A program made the translations under genes and the position numbers. The notes below the pieces were generated by a model, which was not told the DNA's origin, ran no database searches, and saw only the letters and a list, made by a program, of their open reading frames with translations. Of a stretch of DNA of 64,000 bases, positions 39,058-47,328 are shown piece by piece (position 1 is the first letter of the stretch; each line of letters begins with the position of its first letter). The DNA comes from Patescibacteria group bacterium. Lineage in GTDB: Bacteria > Patescibacteriota > Minisyncoccia > Phycocordibacterales > Phycocordibacteraceae. The DNA lies in assembly GCA_019744845.1 (NCBI GenBank), contig JAIETW010000001.1, positions 282,176 through 346,175 on the forward strand. Reading direction: 5' to 3'.

Positions 39058-39933
39058 CTATTCTACCGCACTTGTGGTACCCGCGTCTATAAAACCATCA
39101 AGATCTCCTTCAAGTACACTCTCAGGATCGTGGGATTCATGTCCTGTTTCGTGATCTTTCACCATCTTGTATGGGTGAAGGACATAGGAACGACGCTGAC
39201 TCCCCCACTCATTCTTCGTTGAGGCAGAGATGGAGCGCCCTTTTGCCTCTGCTTCACGCTTTTCTTCCTCCATACGAAAGAGTTTTGCCTTTACGAGCTC
39301 CATTGCACGCTCACGGTTCGCAAGCTGGCTGCGCTCAGAAGACACATGCGCAGAGACTCCCGTAGGCGTATGCACGATACGCACTGCGGTCTCACGCTTG
39401 TTCACATTCTGTCCTCCTGCACCCCCGGAGCGTGCAAATTGAATATCTAGATCATCTGGCCGTATCTCTATCTTGTCTGAAGGCGCGATACGCGGGAGCA
39501 CTTCTACCATGACAAACGAAGTCTGACGCTTTGCCTGTGCGTTAAACGGAGAAATGCGCACCAAGCGATGCACACCAGACTCCGACTTTAGTCGCCCGTA
39601 TGCGCCAGTACCATTAACTTCAATCAATACGTTACGATATCCCCCATGATCATTCTCGTTCGCATGCAGTTCGCGTACCGTCCATCCCTTTGATACGGCG
39701 TACCCTTCATACATACGCCGAAGCATGTGTGCGAAATCTTCTGCGTCATCCCCTCCTGCTCCTGCAAGCACGGCAAGCGTGGCATCTCCGTCATCATGTA
39801 CATCACCTGAACCTCCTTCCTTAAGTGCCTGATATTCACGCACAATCTGCTGTGCCTTGTCTTTGTCGGCCCAGAAGTCAGGCGATGCCATCATCGCTTC
39901 TATCTCAGCGAGTCGTGGATTCTCCTCGTTCAT
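39058..39933 (-). CDS. prfB: Peptide chain release factor 2 (N-terminally short, no programmed frameshift)
   Basis: SPF tripeptide (RF2-specific) and GGQ motif ([11 protein letters not shown]). Only 291 aa. A tRNA gene sits immediately upstream, so there is no room for a frameshifted leader. Confidence 0.85.
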   Translation of the reverse strand: MNEENPRLAEIEAMMASPDFWADKDKAQQIVREYQALKEGGSGDVHDDGDATLAVLAGAGGDDAEDFAHMLRRMYEGYAVSKGWTVRELHANENDHGGYRNVLIEVNGTGAYGRLKSESGVHRLVRISPFNAQAKRQTSFVMVEVLPRIAPSDKIEIRPDDLDIQFARSGGAGGQNVNKRETAVRIVHTPTGVSAHVSSERSQLANRERAMELVKAKLFRMEEEKREAEAKGRSISASTKNEWGSQRRSYVLHPYKMVKDHETGHESHDPESVLEGDLDGFIDAGTTSAVE

Positions 39934-39958
39934 AGGGCGAGTATACCGCAGAACTTCT

Positions 39959-40034
39959 TGGAGCCACCTCCCGGGATTGAACCGGGGACCTCTTCGTTAC
40001 GAGTGAAGTGCTCTACCAACTGAGCTAAGGTGGC
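39959..40034 (-). tRNA. tRNA-Thr (anticodon CGT), CCA encoded
   Basis: Acceptor GCCACCT/AGGTGGC, D-arm GCTCAGTTGGTAGAGC, anticodon loop CTCGTAA, variable AGGTC, T-arm CCCGGTTCAATCCCGGG, 3' TCCA. Confidence 0.8.
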
Positions 40035-40102
40035 GCGTACCTTTTATAGCCTCTTCCACACAGATGTGCAATGCAAGACAGAGGAGAGGTATACTGTCAT
40101 GA

Positions 40103-40696
40103 ATGATCCCTACTGATTTTACATTCGTAGGAAAGCATTACGCGGCACGTACGCATGAAAAGATGCGCGAGGTGCTTATGAACCCAGACGCACCGGGACC
40201 AGAGGTGCACTACTACATGATTCGTGGCGGGGAGACGCAGCGAAACATCACCGTCTGGGAGCCAGGGCTGGTCGGCGGTGAATACATTAAGACCTACGGC
40301 CACTACCATGTGGGAGAACTTGATGAGACCTATTGGATTATTTTTGGAGAAGGACTCATCCTCAAACAAAAGATGACGAATGATCCGACCGTGGTTGAAG
40401 AGTTCTCTATCACCCGCGTCACTCAGGGCGACAGTGTCTTTCTCGCTCCTGGATACGGACACCTCGCCATCAACATTGGTTCTACCTTCTTTGTCACTGC
40501 GGATGACAGTCCTGTGCGTTTTGATGATCCCGATCCTGCAGGGCTTCCCGGACACGCAGACTACGAGCCCGTACGAAAGATGCGCGGGTTTGCGTACTAT
40601 GTGATTGAACAGAATGGTGGACCTGCTCTCGTCCGCAATACGAACTACGCCGCAATACGAAAAGAAGACCTTGCAGGTCTTCTTGTTGTGAAATAA
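40103..40696 (+). CDS. Cupin-type glucose-6-phosphate isomerase (archaeal-type cPGI family)
   Basis: KTYGHYH...GEGLILKQ...APGYGHLAINIG aligns with Pyrococcus cPGI (TKGHFH...GKGGMLLQ...PPYWAHRTVNIG): metal-binding His and Glu within a cupin fold. Confidence 0.6.
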   Translation: MIPTDFTFVGKHYAARTHEKMREVLMNPDAPGPEVHYYMIRGGETQRNITVWEPGLVGGEYIKTYGHYHVGELDETYWIIFGEGLILKQKMTNDPTVVEEFSITRVTQGDSVFLAPGYGHLAINIGSTFFVTADDSPVRFDDPDPAGLPGHADYEPVRKMRGFAYYVIEQNGGPALVRNTNYAAIRKEDLAGLLVVK

Positions 40697-40700
40697 ACAC

Positions 40701-40851
40701 TTGGAGACCCTATTAAACTCCGTTAGAACCCATTTTGCAAAGGAGCCCTGATTACTCGCGCCTCGCAGACTCGGCGCTCGCCCCGACCCCGGTCCGCACT
40801 GAAATCCTTTTCTTTTTTCGCGGGGGGAATCCAAAAATCCGGGCTCGGAGC
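40701..40851. repeat. Repeat X, inverted copy (attR-like: X arm + CTCCA + cPGI 3' end)
   Basis: 150 bp, the near-perfect reverse complement of 45021..45161. It ends in gggtCTCCA, abutting the cPGI stop. Confidence 0.85.
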
Positions 40852-40950
40852 GGCAGGGCTCGGGGGTAGCCCAAAATACCCAGTGGTCTCGTGTCTGTTT
40901 TTATCCGCTTTGAATCGTCCCTGACTAAAGAGATTCACCCCTCGGCATCC

Positions 40951-41253
40951 GCCTCGGGGCTGTTTCCGCTATGGCTACGAAGGCCTAGATTTCTCTGTGC
41001 CGCCTTTTTCCTTGCTCTCCGCCCTGCGGGGCGGGAGCTTCGGGGCGGCTTCCAGTTTGGGGGAAGGAAGTTATCCTTCCCCCAGCTTCGGCCTCCTCCT
41101 CGTTCCTTCGGAGTCCGGCCTCGCACAACCCCCATCCTCGTTTGCATACGCGAGTGTTCGTTGTGTCGCTTCCGCTTCGGGATACGGTGCCTCCGGTGTT
41201 CGTCGGCCTTCGTCCTTTAGCCATGGACGCTCATAGCGGAAACAGCCCCGAGG
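40951..41253 (+). other. GC-rich ~300-bp noncoding element with 23-bp perfect terminal inverted repeat and multiple C(UUCG)G tetraloop hairpins (candidate structured RNA or MITE)
   Basis: gcctcggggctgtttccgctatg at 40951 is the reverse complement of catagcggaaacagccccgaggc at 41231. The interior holds a 10-bp perfect hairpin (gggggaagga/tccttccccc) and four cttcgg motifs. Only spurious high-GC ORFs overlap it. Confidence 0.4.
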
Positions 41254-41317
41254 CAAATACATAATGCTTGCCCCTCCCACCCGTGCGCGCATACCGCCTA
41301 GCAGAACGGCGGGCTCC

Positions 41318-41686
41318 CTAAGAACGACGCAGCTGCTTATATACAAACCAGCCCAGGGGTATGAAAAACAGAGATGTAATGAGGCCGGGAGAGTAGGCTT
41401 GATCCGCAAATGCGGTAAACGGATGAGACAGTTCGATTACGCAGAAAACTAAAAGAACGAACCACAGTATTTTTGCTTTTGGATTTTCACGAATCTTGTA
41501 CAAAAGGTACAGGAAAATAAAGACCACTACTTGCACCAACAACCAAACAATTACTTGCGGGAGAAAAAGAGTTTCTGAAAACCATTTAAGAATAGTGTCA
41601 GTTCGATGGAATCCAGACAGATATTCTTCAACGGCGTGGGCCAGGAATAAAAACGCGGCAAGAGCAAGGATAACGGTCTTATTCAT
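41318..41686 (-). CDS. HXXEE-domain membrane protein
   Basis: LAHAVEEYL HXXEE motif in the first TM region. Four TM helices. Confidence 0.5.
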   Translation of the reverse strand: MNKTVILALAAFLFLAHAVEEYLSGFHRTDTILKWFSETLFLPQVIVWLLVQVVVFIFLYLLYKIRENPKAKILWFVLLVFCVIELSHPFTAFADQAYSPGLITSLFFIPLGWFVYKQLRRS

Positions 41687-41689
41687 AAG

Positions 41690-42127
41690 TTAGTGTTTAA
41701 CCAAATATGCTAGTTGCTCAGCTGATAAAATTTCTGAGATCGGATACAAGAATAAGAATCTTGGATCATATGGCTCACGTTTCTGAGATAAATCGACCGA
41801 AATACCTTTACCTTTCAAATACTGTATTGCGGCATTTACTGCCTTCAACTCTTCATCACGACGAAATGAGGTGGAGAAGATGTATTGCAGTGCGAATTTA
41901 AAAGGACCCTTCTTTTGCTCGCGCCTATGTTCCTCCTCATGAACTAGCAGGGCTTGAAAGGTTATTTCTGGGTTTTCACTGTGTAGATTTTCGTAGATTG
42001 ATTCTGGCAAGAATATGTATGGATAAATTGAATAAGCAACCTTCTTTCTAAGAAAGAATCTCAAGGAGCTCGGGGTTTTTCGCACATACCGAGGTAATTC
42101 CATTGCTCTCAATAGTACACTCCTCAT
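41690..42127 (-). CDS. Hypothetical protein with HEEEH (HExxH-like) motif
   Basis: LLVHEEEHRRE. Possible minimal zinc-metallopeptidase-like fold. No other support. Confidence 0.3.
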   Translation of the reverse strand: MRSVLLRAMELPRYVRKTPSSLRFFLRKKVAYSIYPYIFLPESIYENLHSENPEITFQALLVHEEEHRREQKKGPFKFALQYIFSTSFRRDEELKAVNAAIQYLKGKGISVDLSQKREPYDPRFLFLYPISEILSAEQLAYLVKH

Positions 42128-42157
42128 ATCAAAAAGCCCCTTTCGGGGCTTTTTGAT

Positions 42158-42784
42158 CTAGAGAAGAATCAGGAGTAATCCTGCTAACGCCGCCATGCCG
42201 AAGTCCTCGATGAGAGTGATCTTCGTTAGCGGAACTTTGAGGAAAGTTCCGAGGCACGCGCACATGAATTCTTCCTTCTTCGCTATCTTGATCGCAACTC
42301 CGATACCGCTGAAAAGCATCACGACGAGTTCCGTCCACAAGAGCCACGCATCGTGAATACCCGCGAGCATCAGGAGACCGAACGCGAGTTCTATGAACGG
42401 GTAGATATACCCGTAGGAAGACCAGCGACTTGCAAGGAGGTCATAGGTTGAGTACCCCTCCGCAAATCCCTTGAGGTCTAGGAACTTGAATCCCGCGAAG
42501 ACGAGGAAGAATCCTGCCATGAAGTACCCGATAGTGTTCGGGAGTGCGAATTCTCCGTTCGCATAATCTCCCCACGAAGCCGCAAGCGTGCCCGCGATGA
42601 GGAGCCCGAAGATAACCATGAGCGGGATATAACTCTTCCAAGTTATCGGCCCGAGGCCTCGGTCTTCAATGTGTCGTTTTGGGGTTGCGATTACTTCCGC
42701 TTCCGGTACGAGCGCCATGTGGCACTTCGGGCATCGCCCCGGCCCTTCTTGTCGCACTTCAGGATGCATTGGACAGGTATACAT
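42158..42784 (-). CDS. Heavy-metal-binding domain (CPMHPE...CPKC) fused to MauE/DoxX-like membrane domain
   Basis: N-terminal MYTCPMHPEVRQEGPGRCPKCHMAL (HMBD/YHS-like Cu-site). Membrane domain with FMCACLGTF, characteristic of MauE/DoxX redox proteins. Confidence 0.6.
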   Translation of the reverse strand: MYTCPMHPEVRQEGPGRCPKCHMALVPEAEVIATPKRHIEDRGLGPITWKSYIPLMVIFGLLIAGTLAASWGDYANGEFALPNTIGYFMAGFFLVFAGFKFLDLKGFAEGYSTYDLLASRWSSYGYIYPFIELAFGLLMLAGIHDAWLLWTELVVMLFSGIGVAIKIAKKEEFMCACLGTFLKVPLTKITLIEDFGMAALAGLLLILL

Positions 42785-42786
42785 GG

Positions 42787-43278
42787 CTATATCGCTTCAT
42801 AACTGATAATGACTTTCTCTTTGTCTTTGAGCACGGTGTTTTCGTAGGTGTCCACTTCCTTGCCATCCACCAGAACCTTAATCCGGTGAGTCTCGTCCGT
42901 TTTGTACCCGAGGATTTCTTCGCTCGTGAACGGCTCTCCCCACACCGCGAAGAAGTCGGCGAGCGTGAAGTCGCGCCGTTCCGGCGATTCCACATGAATT
43001 GTTCCTATCGCATCGTGCGTATGAAGAGCGTTCATGCAGTCAGTACGCACACCAATATTCACGGGTATCTCCTGTATCTGCCCGTTCACGACTATTTCAA
43101 GCGTCGGATGAATGTGGAACTCAGTCGCCATATCCGTCGTACAAGTCAGAGCGACTTCCCTGTTCGTGCGTTCGGTCTTTATGGGTTCTTGCTCTCCTCG
43201 CGTGAAGAGGACGAAGAGCAGGATGAGTGCCGATATGCCGAAGACGATTGCGATGTTCGTCTTCATACTATCCTTCAC
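42787..43278 (-). CDS. Hypothetical exported His-rich protein
   Basis: Signal anchor. HIHPTLEIVVNG and ALHTHDAIGTIHVE His motifs (candidate metal ligands). Confidence 0.35.
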   Translation of the reverse strand: MKDSMKTNIAIVFGISALILLFVLFTRGEQEPIKTERTNREVALTCTTDMATEFHIHPTLEIVVNGQIQEIPVNIGVRTDCMNALHTHDAIGTIHVESPERRDFTLADFFAVWGEPFTSEEILGYKTDETHRIKVLVDGKEVDTYENTVLKDKEKVIISYEAI

Positions 43279-43364
43279 GCAAGGCTTGCTCTATCGACTC
43301 ATACGGCTGCGCGCCCGAGAACAGGGTGAGATACTTCTCCAGCGTCGAGTTCATGGTCGGTTTT

Positions 43365-43757
43365 TTACTCAGTTCCGTACCACGCCTTCTGCCACTCTTT
43401 CATCTGCGCGATTTCTGCATTCTGTGCCGAGATGATGGCGTTCGCCATTGCCTTTATCTCTGCGTGCTTCGCATCCTTAAGTGCCGCTTCTGCCATCGCG
43501 ACTGCTCCTTCGTGATGCATGATCATCTCCGAGAGAAACGCCTTATCAAAGGCATCCCCCGTCTTTCCAGAAAGACCCATCATCATAGAGTCCATTTCGC
43601 CCTCCATGCCGGATGACATGGAACCAGACATCATGTTTCCGTCCGGCATCATGTGCCCGTTCTGTTGCTCGGGAGCAGTTTTCCCTACAAATGCATAGGT
43701 GCCAAGACCCCCGATAATAAGAGATACAAGTGCGACGAGAACGATATTTTTTTGCAT
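43365..43757 (-). CDS. DUF305 family protein with Met-rich segment
   Basis: MIMHHEGAVAMAE matches the DUF305 HH-x-GA motif. Preceded by MMPDGNMMSGSMSSGMEGEMDSMMMG (Met-rich, Cu(I)-binding-like). Start at MQKNIV. Confidence 0.6.
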   Translation of the reverse strand: MQKNIVLVALVSLIIGGLGTYAFVGKTAPEQQNGHMMPDGNMMSGSMSSGMEGEMDSMMMGLSGKTGDAFDKAFLSEMIMHHEGAVAMAEAALKDAKHAEIKAMANAIISAQNAEIAQMKEWQKAWYGTE

Positions 43758-43799
43758 AGGTTTTGAATCAAAGCGAATAAGCGCACGAAAACGCGGCAC

Positions 43800-44162
43800 T
43801 TAGTACGCTTTTGAATTCAGGAGTCCTTGCGCGAACAGTTCTTGAAAGAGTGTCGGTCGAGCCGCGTATGTAGGTGGCGGAGGCGACCATTCGTTCCGGC
43901 GAGGAAGAAGGTACGCAAAGCCAATCGTTGCAATGACAGCAAGGTATGGAAGCGAATCAACGAGCGTAGTCGTGAACGCACTTTGCCAATGCTCTATGTG
44001 ATCGAACACGCTCATGGCGCAGATGGACATCTGTCCCTGCATGAACGGACAGCCGATGTCGTGATTCTCGGACATGGAGAGAAGCGTGAACGGCCCGAGC
44101 ACGACCATCACAAAGACGGCGGCAGTGAGCCCTATGGAGACAAATACCTTCCTGATAGCCAT
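43800..44162 (-). CDS. Hypothetical membrane protein with CPF...C motif
   Basis: Two TM helices. GCPFMQGQMSIC. Confidence 0.3.
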   Translation of the reverse strand: MAIRKVFVSIGLTAAVFVMVVLGPFTLLSMSENHDIGCPFMQGQMSICAMSVFDHIEHWQSAFTTTLVDSLPYLAVIATIGFAYLLPRRNEWSPPPPTYAARPTLFQELFAQGLLNSKAY

Positions 44163-44251
44163 GTATGTATTATACCGCGCAAGTCAAGGGCGCGGAATTA
44201 TACCCCCTCATGCGTACTTCATACCTTCTTAACTAGGATTATACTTAGGAT

Positions 44252-44704
44252 ATGAATCACAGCCCCTACCCGCGCTTTGCCCTGATGATTCTGCTTTCGT
44301 TCGTCGCGATGTACATCCTTATGTTTTCAATGGCGAACGTGTTTGCGAATGTGTATCCGAGCTTCAATCAACTCTACATGGCAGGGCTTATGACCGCGCC
44401 CATGGTGCTGTTTGAAATATTCCTTATGGGCGCTATGTACCAGAACAAGAAACTTAACCTCGCGATTGTTGCTGTGGCGCTACTCGCGCTCATCGGCTTC
44501 TTTTTCGCGATTCGCTACCAAGTGGGCATATCGGACGAGGAATTTCTAAAATCAATGATTCCTCACCATGCTGGGGCAATCCTTATGTGTGAAAAGGCCT
44601 CGATTGATGACCCGGATATCAAGGAACTATGTAGCGGTATTCTCTCTGGGCAACAGTCAGAGGTGGATTGGATGAAAGCAAAACTGAGTGAATTAGAAAA
44701 ATAA
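44252..44704 (+). CDS. DUF305 family membrane protein
   Basis: MIPHHAGAILMCE DUF305 motif after three TM helices. Confidence 0.55.
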   Translation: MNHSPYPRFALMILLSFVAMYILMFSMANVFANVYPSFNQLYMAGLMTAPMVLFEIFLMGAMYQNKKLNLAIVAVALLALIGFFFAIRYQVGISDEEFLKSMIPHHAGAILMCEKASIDDPDIKELCSGILSGQQSEVDWMKAKLSELEK

Positions 44705-44721
44705 ACAATTAATTCAAAAAT

Positions 44722-44943
44722 ATGAAATTATCAAAACCAATGCATGTTATTAGTGTCATAGTTGGACTTGTTGGGATTGGCACATTAATTGCGGCAACTG
44801 TTGCCGGACAAAGTAATTTGGTGTTTGGATTTACTCGGGAGCATTTACTCTTTTGTTCCATCATTGTCTTTCTCGTAGCAATCTGGCTTCAGATTGCCAC
44901 CATCCATCATATGATGCTTGAGAAGCGCGGAGAGGTGGTCTAA
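44722..44943 (+). CDS. Small membrane protein, hypothetical
   Basis: 73 aa, two TM helices. Confidence 0.3.
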   Translation: MKLSKPMHVISVIVGLVGIGTLIAATVAGQSNLVFGFTREHLLFCSIIVFLVAIWLQIATIHHMMLEKRGEVV

Positions 44944-45020
44944 CTAACGGTCTGCAACTAGTTAGCCGATACAGCAAGAGATAATCTAGTTAAAAAATTC
45001 CTCGCCCTGCCGCTCCTTGC

Positions 45021-45310
45021 CGGATTTTTGGATTCCCCCCGCGAAAAAAGAAAAGGATTTCAGTGCGGACCGGGGTCGGGGCGAGCGCCGAGTCTGCGAG
45101 GCGCGAGTAATCAGGGCTCCTTTGCAAAATGGGTTCTAACGGAGTTTAATAGGGTCTCCAAAATCGAAATCAGCCCAGTTTTTCCCGAATGCATTTTTGC
45201 GCAGTGCAATTCCCGCCAAGGGAGTTCAGGGATTCCGCGCGCTTCGCGCGCGTGGAGGGAGGTTCAGAAATACAGAATCCGAAAATTTTCTGGAGGGAGG
45301 ATTTTTTATT
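45021..45310. repeat. Repeat X+Y contiguous (attP-like: X arm, CTCCA at 45156-45160, Y arm)
   Basis: 45021-45161 is the reverse complement of 40701-40851. 45156-45307 is the reverse complement of 48683-48825, about 95% identical with one small indel. Confidence 0.85.
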
Positions 45311-45393
45311 CCTTGTGTGCTTGCCCCACCCTTCCCGTGCGCGCACACGAGCCCTTTCGCTAAAAACGCTGTAATTAGCGAAACTCCCTCCTA

Positions 45394-46683
45394 TTACTTC
45401 AGAAGATCATCCAGTTCACTGGATAGTAAAGCAGATTTATTGAGCAAAATCTCCTCTTTCTGATTCAGATTCTCAGCAGTCATTCTAATGACTTTCGTAC
45501 GGATTATGTTGCCTAAAATAATGTTCCCGGTTTTATCTAGATATTTCCTTGTTTTCCTTGCAAACAAAGTCGCATACTGTCGCAATTTCTCTTCAGAAGC
45601 AGGATGGGAGCTTGAGCCGTTGGCGCCAAACTCTATTTTATTATCAAGCGATATATCTCGCTCAGTTGGCAAGTCTCCGTCGCGGAAGTGGATCCAATAC
45701 TCACTAATTGCATACTGAACATGTACGGGTTCCCCTTCTTCGGTTGAGTAGTCGTAACTAAAGAAAAACGTATCCGTACGGAAATCCTGAAATACGCGAA
45801 TGTGTTCAAGTGAACGAACCTTCCTAATTCCATAACTATCCAGAAGGCGAAGATAACTCTCGCGCCAGTTTGTAAGCCAATTTGTAACGAAGGTCTGATT
45901 TACGAACAGCGGGCTTAGATCCTGCTTAAGGTTTTCGTCGCTCACTTTATTCATCTGAAGAGTGAGCTTGTCGAACAGTGCGCGCGGGTCTTTCACGTCA
46001 ATGCCTTTCGCAATCAGATAATCAAAATCAGGAACAACTTTCTTAGTCATATACCAGAGCAAATCATAGATATCTCTTCCCTTTTCTTCATATGTAGCCT
46101 GTCCAACCCCCCTTGTTCCGCGTAGGAAAATTGCAGCAATTTTACTAGCCATCAGTGAAGACATGTTGTAGGTGAGAATGACGAATGACATTTGGTCGCG
46201 GTTAATCGGCCTACGCTCCGTCACAGTCTTTGGGGCAACAAAATGATTTAGGTCTATTTTTACGTGAATCTGTTTTGAAGGATGTCCCGAGCTCAAATCG
46301 TCTCCAACAATAAACCTGAGCAACAACCCTCTACCGGTAGTTACTTTGATGGTAAGAAAGTCGCTACCGGCGCCATATGTATTAGCAAAATACTCTTCCA
46401 CCTCACTCTTTAGACTTTCCAAGAACTTTTCTGTGATTGAATGACCTACCTCAAAATCCAAATCAACAGACATACGATCTAGCCCGTGGATGATGCGAAG
46501 AGCGGAACCGCCGTACATGACCCATTTGCTGTATTCGGGATGGTGATAGACAAAGTCGAGAACAAAATACTGAAGCTCTTCTTTAAGCGCATTTCGACGT
46601 GTTTCCGCATCCAAGCCACCGTAAGCGGAAAGTTCTTCAAGTTTTCTTTTCAAGATTGTTACGATCTGTTCACTCATAGACAT
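45394..46683 (-). CDS. AbiEii/AbiGii-family nucleotidyltransferase toxin (type IV TA / abortive infection)
   Basis: VMYGGSALRIIHGLDRMSVDLDFEV matches the AbiEii GG(S/T)AL...R.S.DLDF signature. At 429 aa it is longer than typical. Overlaps the upstream antitoxin gene by 14 nt. Confidence 0.75.
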   Translation of the reverse strand: MSMSEQIVTILKRKLEELSAYGGLDAETRRNALKEELQYFVLDFVYHHPEYSKWVMYGGSALRIIHGLDRMSVDLDFEVGHSITEKFLESLKSEVEEYFANTYGAGSDFLTIKVTTGRGLLLRFIVGDDLSSGHPSKQIHVKIDLNHFVAPKTVTERRPINRDQMSFVILTYNMSSLMASKIAAIFLRGTRGVGQATYEEKGRDIYDLLWYMTKKVVPDFDYLIAKGIDVKDPRALFDKLTLQMNKVSDENLKQDLSPLFVNQTFVTNWLTNWRESYLRLLDSYGIRKVRSLEHIRVFQDFRTDTFFFSYDYSTEEGEPVHVQYAISEYWIHFRDGDLPTERDISLDNKIEFGANGSSSHPASEEKLRQYATLFARKTRKYLDKTGNIILGNIIRTKVIRMTAENLNQKEEILLNKSALLSSELDDLLK

Positions 46684-47287
46684 ACGCTTTTATCATGTCA
46701 TTAAATTTCTGCTGTTCACTAATTTCCATTTCTTCAAAATCTATTCTAAGTTCGTTAATTATTTTTGGTATTTCATTACGACGAACACCACGAAACTGAC
46801 GTGTCCTGAAATATAGCAAGTCAAACAATGCTTTCGAGGGAGAGGCGATAAAGAAATTAAACTTCCCTTCCATAAGTGAGTAGTCAGAAAAGAGTTCTTT
46901 TTTAATTGACTGATACGAAAATGTCCCAGCTTTTGTTTCGTAATCTCTGGTCACCTTAAGTGAGACTGACGTAACTGAGCGAATAACCTCTGTAGTGAGA
47001 TTGTAATACTGAAGTGCCGTCCACGAGCTTATGTACGATGGCTTCCGAAGGATGTTCGCAAGGTAGTAAAGATACGAAATTTCACTTTTGTTTTTTTCAA
47101 AGAAGTCTCCCGAAATATATAGGCCATTTTTAAGCGCAAGAATTTCCCTCCGCTTAAGAAAACGGCTTACATAGGTGTTAATTGTGCTCTTTTTGAGGCC
47201 TAGCTGATCAGCAAGCTGAAAAACTGTATTTTTGCTGAAATGAGGTAGAGCCTTGAGCTGTTCTATTAGATTGCTCTTGCTTTTCAT
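46670..47287 (-). CDS. AbiEi-like antitoxin/transcriptional regulator (wHTH)
   Basis: About 200 aa, N-terminal winged-HTH-like region, immediately upstream of and overlapping AbiEii. Canonical AbiE operon order. Confidence 0.6.
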   Translation of the reverse strand: MKSKSNLIEQLKALPHFSKNTVFQLADQLGLKKSTINTYVSRFLKRREILALKNGLYISGDFFEKNKSEISYLYYLANILRKPSYISSWTALQYYNLTTEVIRSVTSVSLKVTRDYETKAGTFSYQSIKKELFSDYSLMEGKFNFFIASPSKALFDLLYFRTRQFRGVRRNEIPKIINELRIDFEEMEISEQQKFNDMIKAYVYE

Positions 47288-47328
47288 AAATATGACACTA
47301 GTGTATTATATATGAAATAAGAAGTCAA

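Noticed and set aside
40850-41320. RNase P RNA or tmRNA as the identity of the GC-rich structured element
   Set aside because: GAGUCCGG weakly resembles the RNase P CR-I motif, and GGGGCUG resembles the tmRNA 5' end. However, there is no CR-II to CR-V, no tRNA-like T-arm before the 3' strand, and the terminal helix is a continuous 23-bp duplex. The element is left unassigned.
45028-45374. ORFs MDSPREKRKGFQCGPG... and MHFCAVQFPP... that recur in the ORF track (40097-40834, 45028-45363, 45189-45374, 48562-48792)
   Set aside because: They lie wholly inside the X and Y repeat units, lack start context, and recur only because the repeat recurs. They are treated as noncoding att-arm sequence.
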